Below, piece after piece: positions 38,296 through 46,868 of a stretch of DNA of 64,000 bases. Positions within the stretch are counted from its first letter, which is position 1, and each line of letters starts with the position of its first letter. The DNA lies in assembly GCA_024653215.1 (NCBI GenBank), contig JANLFU010000004.1, positions 29,574 through 93,573 on the forward strand, in the 5' to 3' direction. A program made the translations under genes and the position numbers. This DNA is from Candidatus Saccharicenans sp. Its GTDB lineage: Bacteria; Acidobacteriota; Aminicenantia; Aminicenantales; Saccharicenantaceae. The notes beneath the pieces are model-generated. The model worked only from the letters and a program-made list of their open reading frames with translations. It was not told the origin of the DNA and did no database searches.

Positions 38296-38715
38296 ATGCC
38301 AGAGGGAATTCCGTTCGCAATAAGCCAGAATAAATTCAAGATCGTGGAGAGGCTGGGTGCTTTTGAGAGGGTAAGGGAAAGGTTAAGAATCAGGTGGGAA
38401 GAAGCCGGGGTAGATGGGTCTATTTCAGGCTACAGGCCTTCAAGTGGGGCGGCCATTGACAGGCTGAAGAGGATGGATGGCTCAAAGGTAGGCTCGGGCG
38501 GGGACTTACGGACGATGTCTGTGGGGACCGTCGGGATATATTACATCTATGCCTTTGACGGGAGGCTTCTGGCTGAGTATGATGGATATGGGGATTGCCT
38601 GCGTGAGTACATCTACATAGGGGCGAAGATGGTGGCTGAGTACCAGCCAGCTACTGAAAAGTATTACTACTATACCACCGACCAGATTAACTCCAGCGGG
38701 GGTGGTTCTATGTAA
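38296..38715 (+). pseudogene. RHS stub G: retains a longer upstream YD-repeat-like segment (…GIYYIYAFDGRLLAEYDGYGDCLREYIYIGAKMVAEYQPATEKYYYYTTDQINS) then terminates with SGGGSM*. No toxin domain.
   Basis: Homology to the shared repeat stops exactly at TTDQINS, where copies A/B/E continue with TRVVTDDEG. Followed by a stop. Interpreted as a recombination or deletion scar. Confidence 0.5.
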
Positions 38716-38830
38716 AACAACGCAATATTCTTGCTGGCGCTTTTTATCGCCGTCAGTGGCCCTGAAAGATGTACAGGAAGGGCCGGTAAATTTAAGCCAG
38801 AATAAATAGGCCAGAACAATATAATCGTGC

Positions 38831-38884
38831 TTGACAAATTGCGTAAATAGGCATAGTATGTCGATAAATAGTCGACATACTATG
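38831..38884 (+). promoter_or_regulatory. Promoter with overlapping perfect inverted-repeat operator for the abiEi-abiEii operon
   Basis: TTGACA (38831-38836), 17-nt spacer, TAGTAT (38854-38859). Perfect 13-bp inverted repeat CATAGTATGTCGA-N7-TCGACATACTATG (38852-38884) spanning the -10 to just before the ATG at 38892. Confidence 0.6.
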
Positions 38885-38891
38885 CAGAAAA

Positions 38892-39545
38892 ATGAACGCG
38901 CTTGAGCTTCGAAGCCGAATTCAGACTGAAATATTTGACTACCAGACTCTAACCAGTGCGCTCGGCAGCCTGTCATCTCCAAGGGATAAGATTACAGAAC
39001 TGCTGAGGAGCGGGATAATTATAAGGGTTAAGAAGGGGCTTTACGTATTTGGCGAAAAGTATCGTAAGCATGCCTATTCCAGGGAACTGCTGGCCAACCT
39101 TATATATGGCCCATCCTATCTCTCTCTTGATTATGCCCTGGCCTATTACGGCCTCATACCGGAAAAGGTTGAAGTCCTGACCTCGGTTACCCCCAATCGA
39201 TCTCGCCGATTTGCCACGCCGGTTGGTCTTTTCACTTACAGGCAGATACCGCATGGTGCTTACATAAATGGCCTGACCAGGGTTGAGGCCGATAATGACC
39301 AGGCCTATCTAATTGCCATTCCCGAGAAGGCCCTGGCTGATAAGGTCGCTTCCCTGCGCGGGCTCGCTTTCAATTCAACCAGGGAAGTCGCTCGTTTTCT
39401 CGAGGAAGATTTGAGAATAGATCTGGAGGCGCTGCGTTCTTTCTCAGTGGCCAAACTTGAAGAATTTGCCGCCGGGTATCGTTCCCGCAAGCTTAGGTAC
39501 CTGGCTGCCATGGTAAAAAAACTGGCCGCGAACCGGGAGAAATAA
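38892..39545 (+). CDS. abiEi: AbiEi-family antitoxin / transcriptional regulator (type IV TA, abortive-infection type)
   Basis: N-terminal wHTH-like region with …IIIRVKKGLYVF… …LANLIYGPSYLSLDYALAYYGLIPE…, typical of AbiEi_4/COG5340 proteins. Precedes the nucleotidyltransferase gene with a 1-nt gap. Confidence 0.65.
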   Translation: MNALELRSRIQTEIFDYQTLTSALGSLSSPRDKITELLRSGIIIRVKKGLYVFGEKYRKHAYSRELLANLIYGPSYLSLDYALAYYGLIPEKVEVLTSVTPNRSRRFATPVGLFTYRQIPHGAYINGLTRVEADNDQAYLIAIPEKALADKVASLRGLAFNSTREVARFLEEDLRIDLEALRSFSVAKLEEFAAGYRSRKLRYLAAMVKKLAANREK

Positions 39546-39546
39546 A

Positions 39547-40413
39547 ATGAATGAAGCCGTCAGGCAAATGCTGGGGGGATATGAAATTAAATCCCCGGGC
39601 GATTCGCTCTGGGCCTTGCGCGAAATAATTCAACAGGTGGCCCTTCTCGGGCTGTGGAGAAGCAAGTTTTTTGAAAGGGCCGCGTTTTATGGGGGGTCGG
39701 CCCTGAGGATAATTTATGGGATCGACCGGTTTTCCGAGGACCTGGATTTCTCCCTCCTCGAGGCGGACCCGGCTTTCTGCCTGGCCGATTATGGCCAGGC
39801 CCTGAAGCGGGAGCTGCTTTCCTTTGGGTTTTCTGTTGAAGTTGAAAGCAAAACAAAAAAGGAGAAAACAACCGTTCAGTCGGCCTTTCTTAAAACCGAT
39901 ACCCGTGAGCAGATGATCTCAGTGGGAATTAAGCCTGAACTTGTTAAGCAGATCCCGCCTAACCAGGTGCTAAAAATTAAGCTCGAGGTCGACGTGACCC
40001 CGCCACCCGGATTCTCAACTGAGATGCGTTATCTTCTAAAACCGATTCCGTTTTCCGTAAGGACCTTTACCCTGCCGGACATGTTCGCGGGCAAGATGCA
40101 CGCGGTTCTCTGCCGTCAATGGAAAAGCCGGCTCAAGGGCCGGGACTGGTATGACCTGGTCTGGTTTACCGCTCATCACCCAGAGTTGAGATTATCGCAT
40201 TTAGAGCAGAGGATGCGCCAGACCGGTCACTGGAAGGGATCAAGTCCCCTGGACGAGAGCACTTTTCGAGAATTGCTGATTGGCAGGGTAAAATCGGTGG
40301 ATGTGGAGCAAATAAAGAGGGAGGTGGAGCCCTTCGTCAGCAATCCGGCTGTCCTGGAAGTCTGGTCGCGAGAATTTTTTCTGGATATCATAAAGCGTAT
40401 TAAAGTTATCTGA
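39547..40413 (+). CDS. abiEii: AbiEii/AbiGii-family nucleotidyltransferase toxin (DUF1814)
   Basis: GGSALRIIYGIDRFSEDLDFS matches the conserved N-terminal nucleotidyltransferase motif of AbiEii. 288 aa. Confidence 0.7.
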   Translation: MNEAVRQMLGGYEIKSPGDSLWALREIIQQVALLGLWRSKFFERAAFYGGSALRIIYGIDRFSEDLDFSLLEADPAFCLADYGQALKRELLSFGFSVEVESKTKKEKTTVQSAFLKTDTREQMISVGIKPELVKQIPPNQVLKIKLEVDVTPPPGFSTEMRYLLKPIPFSVRTFTLPDMFAGKMHAVLCRQWKSRLKGRDWYDLVWFTAHHPELRLSHLEQRMRQTGHWKGSSPLDESTFRELLIGRVKSVDVEQIKREVEPFVSNPAVLEVWSREFFLDIIKRIKVI

Positions 40414-40514
40414 CGGCCTTCGACAGTGACATCGTATTCTGCAGGGAAGGGCCCGGGTCTTTAATTGGCTATCAGGACTACCTGCGCGGGGAAATAACAG
40501 GGAAAGGCTACACT

Positions 40515-41780
40515 TCAGAAAAAGTAATAGGCGGCCAGGAGCAGGCGCAGGTTAGTGACGGTTCGCTCGGGACTGACCCGTCCCCGCAGGTCGCGCGGGC
40601 CGTAAGCGGCCGAGGTCAGCTCGATCTCCTGGGCCAGGCGCACCTTCCCGGCATTAAAGATAAGTCGCGGGGCGAGGCGGAAGAGATGATCTATGGTATC
40701 GCCGCGGCTGTAAATTGAGCCGACGATGTCCTTGCGGGCGCCGTAGTTCTTGCTGTAGCCGCCGAAAATTCCAGCCTGCCACTTACTCCCGTTGGTCTGA
40801 AGCTCTATCCAGGCCGAGCCGGTGTTGACCGGAGTGTATTGCCATCTGAGTGCTGGAGGCTCTCCGATTTCCGTGACGGCATAGCCGCCGAGCATGGTCA
40901 GGTGATGGAGATTTCCGCCGTAGACGGCCTGGGCCTTGATTGTCAGCGGCCGGGTCTTATATCGCCCGAAAACGTAAGCCGCGCTTGAGGTCACGGACTC
41001 GCCGGCTTCGTATCCGGTGGCGGTGGCCAGGCGCGGGACAAGCCTGAGTGAGTTTACACCGGCACCCACCAGGAAATCCCTGCCGGCGCAGGCGGCCTTG
41101 AAGTCCAGTTCGGGAAAAGCGGCGTTGCGGAAATAGACGGTGCTCACTCCGTCCGGGCCGGTTGAGGCAAAATCCCGCTGGGAAAGCGCGGTTAAAGATA
41201 ACGAAAGCTTCTTTTCCGTCCAGGTGAAGCGAACCTGGGGGGCCCGCGAGAAAGGTTCGAAGGGAGCGCCGGTGTTGAAGGACACGACTTCGGGGAAGCT
41301 CTCGGTTATGAACATCGGGTGCCAGAACTGCCCCACCATCAGCTCGGCTTTTTCCCAGTTCAGCTTCAGGTAGGCATGCCTCAGCCGGAAGCCGTTGATG
41401 TCCGCCTCGGAATGGCCGAAGAATTCTCCCTCAATATACCCGGTGGGCCTGGCGCCGAGGGCCTTCGGTCCGGTTATCTTCAGGGCCAGCCTGGTCTGGA
41501 TGGACAGGATGTGAAAGGTGTCCTGGGCATTAAGGTCGTTTCCCTCGGGATCCAGGGCCCGGTCCTTGGGGTAAAGGAGGAAATGCCCCTCCCTGATGCT
41601 CGTGGTCTGGCGGGTATCATACAGGACATCGGTCTTGATGAAACCGCTGAGGCTCAGGGTAATCTTATCATCATCTCTGCCCTGGGCCCGCAGGTCTGAA
41701 GCGGCCAGCATGAAAAAAAAGAGGCATAGAGTTACCGCGACTTTCGAACTAATTGATTTATTCGAATTTGTCTTACCCAT
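40515..41780 (-). CDS. Outer-membrane beta-barrel (porin-like) protein
   Basis: Signal peptide MGKTNSNKSISSKVAVTLCLFFFMLAASDLRAQG. Amphipathic beta-strand periodicity. C-terminal …LLLAAYYFF. Start placed at the internal Met with the signal peptide. The track ORF extends 49 codons upstream. Confidence 0.55.
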   Translation of the reverse strand: MGKTNSNKSISSKVAVTLCLFFFMLAASDLRAQGRDDDKITLSLSGFIKTDVLYDTRQTTSIREGHFLLYPKDRALDPEGNDLNAQDTFHILSIQTRLALKITGPKALGARPTGYIEGEFFGHSEADINGFRLRHAYLKLNWEKAELMVGQFWHPMFITESFPEVVSFNTGAPFEPFSRAPQVRFTWTEKKLSLSLTALSQRDFASTGPDGVSTVYFRNAAFPELDFKAACAGRDFLVGAGVNSLRLVPRLATATGYEAGESVTSSAAYVFGRYKTRPLTIKAQAVYGGNLHHLTMLGGYAVTEIGEPPALRWQYTPVNTGSAWIELQTNGSKWQAGIFGGYSKNYGARKDIVGSIYSRGDTIDHLFRLAPRLIFNAGKVRLAQEIELTSAAYGPRDLRGRVSPERTVTNLRLLLAAYYFF

Positions 41781-41847
41781 AATGCTTGTATTTATAGCAA
41801 ATTGCCGTGGCCTAGTCCATGCTCTTTGGCCGGGGGAATGGCATTTC

Positions 41848-44535
41848 CTAAAGGGCTTTCTGGATTTCCACCAGGGTGGATTGCGGGTCCTGGCGGATTT
41901 CGAAATCGCGCTTCTTGAAAACGGCAATCATCCGGGGATTATCGGTCGTGGTGTAGGCGATGATCTTTTTGACCCCCCAGGCCCGGGCGATTTCGGTGCA
42001 GTAATCGGTGAGGATTCCGCCCAGTCCCCGGTTCTGCCAGTCGTCCTGGACCAGGACCGCGTACTCGGCCACCGTCCTGGTCGGGTCGGCGGTCAGGCGG
42101 CCGACACCCAGGATGCGGCGTTTCTGGCCGTCCTGGAGCTCGGCCACGATGGCCATCTCCCGGTCGTAATCGATGTAGCAATAGCGAGAGGCCACCTCGT
42201 GCGACTGCCAGAAGAAGAAGTAGCGGAAGCGTGAATAGATGGTTTCCCTGGAACAGCTCCCGAGAAGCTCAAACCAGAGTGGCTCGTCTTCGGGGCGGAT
42301 GGGCCGGAGAGTGATTTCGGTGCCGTCGCGCATCCTGGCCTTCCTGATGAACTCCTCCGGGTAAGGCCGCAGCACCAGGTGCTGGTAGGGCTGAACCAGT
42401 TCCGGCGCCACGGCCCGGTCGGCGATTATCCGGGCATCCAGGGCCACCACCTCTTCCGGGCTGACCAGGAGCGGGTTGATGTCGATTTCCTTGATTTCCG
42501 GGTAATCGGCCACCAGGTAAGAAAACCTGATGATGATTTCAATCAGCCGGTCGATGTTGGCCGGAGGCCTCCCGCGGTAACCCCTGAGCAGCGGCCAGCT
42601 CTTGAGCTGCTCCAGGGCCCTCCTGGCCAGGCGCTCGTTGAGCGGGGGAAAGCAGATGGACCGGTCCTTGAGGACCTCGGCCGCCGTTCCGCCCAGCCCG
42701 ACCATGATCACCGCGCCGAAGGTCGGATCCTTCTTGCTGCCGATGATCATTTCCAGGGCATCCCGGGCCTTGACCATCTTCTGGACGACCACGCCTTCAA
42801 TCCGGGCCTTCGGCATCCTTTCTCTGACCGTGTGCATCATCCGGTCGTAGGCGGCTTCCACCATGTGGTCGTCTTCGAGGTCCAGGACCACGCCGCAGAC
42901 ATCGGTCTTGTGGGTGATGTCTGGAGAATGGATTTTAAGAACCACGGGATAACCGATTTCCCGGCTGAGTTTGACCGCCTCTTCCCTGGTTTTGGCCAGG
43001 CGGGGCAGGGTAGTGGGAATGCCGTAGGTATCGATGATTTTCTTGGAAGTTTCTTCGCTCAGGACTTCGGGCCCCTCGGTCAGCCAGGGAAGCACCTTCT
43101 CGCGGATTTTCTCCCTTTCCACCGGAAATTCTACCGAAATCTCCCGCGGCGTTTCGTAAAGGTTTTCCAGGTTTCGGGCATAGTTAACCAGGATCATGAA
43201 GGCCCGGACCGCCTGTTCCGGCGTGCTGTAGGTGGGAATTCCGGCCTCGTTGAGAAGGCGGTTGCCCTCGCGCATGCTGGGCCCGCCCAGGAAGGCGGCC
43301 AGGACGGGTTTTTTAGCTTCGGCGGCGATGGGTATGAGTTCCTTGGCGATTCCGGGCGGGTTGGTCATGGCCTGGGGAGTTATGATCAGCAGAACCGCAT
43401 CCACGCCCTCGTCCTGGAGCACGGCGTTGACCGCCTTGGCCACGGTCTTGCTCTTGGCATCTCCCAGGACATCGACCGGGTTGCGGTGCGACCAGGCCGG
43501 GGGCAAATTCTGGTCAAGGAATTCAACGGTCTGCGGGCTGAGCTCGGCCAGCCGGCCGCCGGCCTCGATCAGGGCGTCGGAGGCCATGACCCCGGGGCCA
43601 CCGGCGTTGGTGACGATGGCCAGCCGCGGGCCCTTCGGTATCTTGTGGCGACCGATCAGCTCGGCCACGTCGAACATCTCGCCGATTTCAAACACCCTGG
43701 CCATACCGGCCCGCTGGAAGGCAGCCTCGTAGATGGAGTCTTCGGCGGCCATGGCCCCGGTGTGGGAAGAGGCGGCCTCGGCCGATTCCGGGAAACGGCC
43801 GGCCTTGTAGGCGATGATGGGCTTGGTCCGGGCGTAGGCCCGGGCCGCCGACATGAAGCGCCTGGGGTTGGAGATGGATTCTATGTACATCAGGATGGAC
43901 TTGGTGTTTTCATCCTCGCCGAAGTAATCGATGAGGTCGCCGAAATCTATATCCAGGGCATTGCCGATGGACACAAAATAGGAAAAGCCGATTTTTTCTT
44001 CGAGCGACCAGTCAAGAATGGAGGTGCACAGGGCTCCCGACTGGGAAATAAAAGCAATGTGCCCGTTGAGCGGCATGTCAGCGGCAAAGCTGGCGTTGAG
44101 GTTGAGACCGGGCGAGATGACACCCAGGCAGTTGGGCCCCAGGATGCGCATTCCCGGGTATTTTTTCTTCTCGGCCAGGATCTGCTCTTCCAGGGCCCGG
44201 CCTTCCGGCCCGGTTTCACGGAAGCCGGCCGAAATGATGATTATGCCCGTGATTCCGGCCTGGCCGCATTCGGCCACGATTCTTGGCACCTGGGGAGCAG
44301 GAGTGCAGATGACTGCCAGGTCGGGGGTGCGGGGCAGGCTGGCCACGCCGGTAAAACAGGGAATGCCCATGACCGCTTCCACCGTGGGGTTCACCGGGTA
44401 GACCACGCCGCGGTAGCCTCCGGTAATCAGGTTGGACAGGATCTTGCCGCCGACGCTCTTGGGGTTGGGGGTGACCCCGACCAGGGCGATTCGCTGTGGC
44501 TTGAATATCTTATCCAGGGTTTCCAGTTCTTCCAT
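41848..44535 (-). CDS. Pat/YfiQ-like protein: NDP-forming acyl-CoA synthetase domains fused to a C-terminal GNAT acetyltransferase
   Basis: 895 aa. N-terminal CoA-binding (RIALVGVTPNPKSVGGKIL) plus succinyl-CoA-synthetase-like and ATP-grasp regions. C-terminal GNAT (…QNRGLGGILTDYCTEIA…). Architecture matches protein lysine acetyltransferase Pat. Confidence 0.7.
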   Translation of the reverse strand: MEELETLDKIFKPQRIALVGVTPNPKSVGGKILSNLITGGYRGVVYPVNPTVEAVMGIPCFTGVASLPRTPDLAVICTPAPQVPRIVAECGQAGITGIIIISAGFRETGPEGRALEEQILAEKKKYPGMRILGPNCLGVISPGLNLNASFAADMPLNGHIAFISQSGALCTSILDWSLEEKIGFSYFVSIGNALDIDFGDLIDYFGEDENTKSILMYIESISNPRRFMSAARAYARTKPIIAYKAGRFPESAEAASSHTGAMAAEDSIYEAAFQRAGMARVFEIGEMFDVAELIGRHKIPKGPRLAIVTNAGGPGVMASDALIEAGGRLAELSPQTVEFLDQNLPPAWSHRNPVDVLGDAKSKTVAKAVNAVLQDEGVDAVLLIITPQAMTNPPGIAKELIPIAAEAKKPVLAAFLGGPSMREGNRLLNEAGIPTYSTPEQAVRAFMILVNYARNLENLYETPREISVEFPVEREKIREKVLPWLTEGPEVLSEETSKKIIDTYGIPTTLPRLAKTREEAVKLSREIGYPVVLKIHSPDITHKTDVCGVVLDLEDDHMVEAAYDRMMHTVRERMPKARIEGVVVQKMVKARDALEMIIGSKKDPTFGAVIMVGLGGTAAEVLKDRSICFPPLNERLARRALEQLKSWPLLRGYRGRPPANIDRLIEIIIRFSYLVADYPEIKEIDINPLLVSPEEVVALDARIIADRAVAPELVQPYQHLVLRPYPEEFIRKARMRDGTEITLRPIRPEDEPLWFELLGSCSRETIYSRFRYFFFWQSHEVASRYCYIDYDREMAIVAELQDGQKRRILGVGRLTADPTRTVAEYAVLVQDDWQNRGLGGILTDYCTEIARAWGVKKIIAYTTTDNPRMIAVFKKRDFEIRQDPQSTLVEIQKAL

Positions 44536-44620
44536 CTCGGGACTCCGGAATCATTCACTCAGCTAAAAGATTAAAAGTTCCCTCGCGGGCTGCTTCGGGG
44601 CAGAAAACCGTAAAGGGCAA

Positions 44621-46573
44621 TCACAATTTTAATTTAAATCCGGTGGAAATTGTAGTGCCCGGCGAACCGTAGCCATAAACGAGCTCGTAGCGGGTATTAA
44701 AAAGATTCTGGACGTGGAGGAAAAGGGTCAGGGGTTCTTTGAGGTCATAGCTTAAAAGCAGGTTGGCGATGGTGGCCGCTTTGAGCTTTACAGTCTGCGG
44801 CGGATAGGAAGAATAGTCCACGTCCAGCCGGGAACCGATATAGTTCAGCTCGGCCGCCAGGCTTGTTGATTTATGGGATAGGTTAAAGCTAACGTTGAAG
44901 CTGTCCTCCGGCCGGCGAAGGAGCGGGCTGCCGGTGTCCAGGTCCCGGGAGCTAAGATGAGTCCAGCCGGCGCTGATGTTTACATTCTTAAATAACCTGG
45001 CTTCCAGTGAGGCTTCCAGGCCGCGGCTTATAGCCCGGCCGACATTCTGGTAGCCAGAGCCAAAGTAGAACTGGATCAGGTTGCGGTAACGGGTTTCAAA
45101 ATAGGTGAGAGAGAGGGCCAGGCTGTCGCTGAATTCCTTCTCAATTCCGGCATCCCAGCCCAGGTTTCTTTCCGGGTGAAGCTCCGGGTTGCCGACCGGT
45201 CCATAATAATCCGCCGGGGCGAAGAGCTGGTAGAGAGAAGGGGCCTTGAAGCCGCTGCCCATGGTGCTTTTCAGCCGGGCCCCGATTTCAGGCAGGTCCA
45301 GGCAGGCTGCCGCCCTGAAGGTCAGGGCGCGGCCGAAGCGCCGGTGATGGTCAGAGCGAAGGCCCGCGGTCAGCGATAGCCTCTTCCAGGGTTTCCACTG
45401 GTCCTGGAGATAAAGGCCGAGCAGGGAGGCGGTTTTCTGCGGGAAGCTGCTTTCGTAGTTTCCCCAGGGACTGAAATAGAGATAAGAGGAGCTGCCCTGT
45501 TCCTGGCGGAAATCGACCCCGAAAACGAGGGTATGGTTCGGGGCCAGGAAGAAATTGTTCTGCCAGTCAATCTTGAAGAGCCGGCTCCGGTAAAGGGCTG
45601 AATCTCCTTCGTCCGGGTGGGCCGTATCGGCCGGGTTGTCATTTTCCCGGCGCCCGGCTTCCAGGCCGAAGACCAGTTTTTGCTGCCAGCGATGGCCGAG
45701 AAAAAAACCGTCGAGCTCCAGGCGGTTAAAGAGGAAGCGGGATTTCTGGAGAGAGTTGGGGTCATCTCCGTAGGGCCCGCCGAAGGTGTCCAGTTCGGCC
45801 CGGCCGAGCAGGCCGCGGGTCTGCCAGTTAAGACGAAAGTCCGGCGAGAAGCGGTAGCTTAGCTTGAGGGCCAGGCTCTGCTGGCTGTAGCCGTCGGCCT
45901 CGTTATTTCCCGGATAGCTGCTCCCGGCCTGGGAAATGCCGGCCGTGGTGAAGGTGTTGAATTCAGCCTGAAGAAAGAAGTTTGGCCAGACCCGGGCCAG
46001 ACTGAAATTTCCCTGGCCAGTCCGGAAAGTTCCGAAAAGGCCGGAAAGGCTGGCTTCGTTCTTTTCGGGGTCGGCGGTGACCATGTTCACCACCCCGGCC
46101 AGGGCGTCGGAGCCGTAAAGGGTGCTCTGGGGTCCGCGCAGGACTTCCACCCGTTCGATAAGAGCCAGGTTAAACAGGTTGAAGTTGAAAGAGCGGGAAG
46201 GGGAGACCGGGTCGTTGAGCTCCAGTCCATCAATCATGAAGACCGCATGTTCCGAATTGGCGCCGCGGATAAAAAGTGAACCAGACCCACCGGCCAGTCC
46301 GGTCTGGATGAAAAAGATGCCCGGGACGCCCGCAAAAACGCTCTCGGGCCTGACGGTGGCACCCGGTGGCAGCTTTTCTGCCTGGACCAGGCTGATGGCC
46401 GAGGCGGTTTCTTTGACCGGGGTTTCCAGGCGGGTAGCCGTGACCACTATCTCGTGCTGGATTTTTGGCGGCTGGGTTTCGTCATCAGCCAGCGCCGCTG
46501 CTGGAAGGCTGCTGAGAAGCCAGAGGCAAAGAGAAAGCAGGATGGGTAACCGGGCAGAAAGGTTTCGTTTCAT
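44621..46573 (-). CDS. TonB-dependent outer-membrane receptor (BtuB-sized)
   Basis: Signal peptide. TonB box/plug (DETQPPKIQHEIVVTATRLETP). 22-strand barrel-like C-terminal region ending …TGFKLKL. Preceded by a cobalamin riboswitch. Confidence 0.8.
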   Translation of the reverse strand: MKRNLSARLPILLSLCLWLLSSLPAAALADDETQPPKIQHEIVVTATRLETPVKETASAISLVQAEKLPPGATVRPESVFAGVPGIFFIQTGLAGGSGSLFIRGANSEHAVFMIDGLELNDPVSPSRSFNFNLFNLALIERVEVLRGPQSTLYGSDALAGVVNMVTADPEKNEASLSGLFGTFRTGQGNFSLARVWPNFFLQAEFNTFTTAGISQAGSSYPGNNEADGYSQQSLALKLSYRFSPDFRLNWQTRGLLGRAELDTFGGPYGDDPNSLQKSRFLFNRLELDGFFLGHRWQQKLVFGLEAGRRENDNPADTAHPDEGDSALYRSRLFKIDWQNNFFLAPNHTLVFGVDFRQEQGSSSYLYFSPWGNYESSFPQKTASLLGLYLQDQWKPWKRLSLTAGLRSDHHRRFGRALTFRAAACLDLPEIGARLKSTMGSGFKAPSLYQLFAPADYYGPVGNPELHPERNLGWDAGIEKEFSDSLALSLTYFETRYRNLIQFYFGSGYQNVGRAISRGLEASLEARLFKNVNISAGWTHLSSRDLDTGSPLLRRPEDSFNVSFNLSHKSTSLAAELNYIGSRLDVDYSSYPPQTVKLKAATIANLLLSYDLKEPLTLFLHVQNLFNTRYELVYGYGSPGTTISTGFKLKL

Positions 46574-46639
46574 TCATTTTCCTTTCCCCCCGCTTGAAAA
46601 AATTTCTGAGCCGCTCCTCTTTTCTTCCGCCCGAAGAAA

Positions 46640-46810
46640 AGAGAGGCTGCCGGGTTGAGGGCAGGTATCCTGACTCCCGGGTCCTCCTCCTCCCTGGCCT
46701 TCCCACCCCGGAGGGCAGTGGCTGCATCAGGGATTCGTCGCCGGTTACAGTAGCGGGGGCTGTGTCCGCCTCTCACGGACTTCCCTGCTTCTTAAACCCG
46801 AATCATAATT
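46640..46810 (-). ncRNA. Cobalamin (B12) riboswitch in the 5' leader of the TonB-dependent receptor gene
   Basis: Minus-strand sequence …AAGAAGCAGGGAAGUCCGUGAGAGGCGGACACAGCCCCCGCUACUGUAACCGG…GAUGCAGCCACUGCCC…GGGAAGGCC… carries the conserved B12-element core, including the GCCACUG B12 box. A hairpin CUCUUUUCUUC-GGGCG-GAAGAAAAGAG sits downstream (46625-46651). A short U-run lies further downstream (46588-46593), about 30 nt 3' of the hairpin and immediately before the RBS. Confidence 0.7.
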
Positions 46811-46868
46811 TATCAAATTCCGTTTCCGTGTCAATTATGGAAGTAGAATTGTGGCTGGCAAGGCCAGT

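Noticed and set aside
42379-44574. Long ORFs on the strand opposite to confidently assigned genes. Examples: 731 aa at 42379-44574, 350 aa at 9734-10786, 256 aa at 13758-14528, 263 aa at 17207-17998, 270 aa at 58497-59309, and several antisense to the histidine kinase, uvrA and kbl.
   Set aside because: Typical high-GC antisense artefacts. The proteins are low-complexity, rich in Pro/Gly/Arg and Gln/Gly/His, and have no motifs. The opposite-strand genes have clear homology and RBSs.
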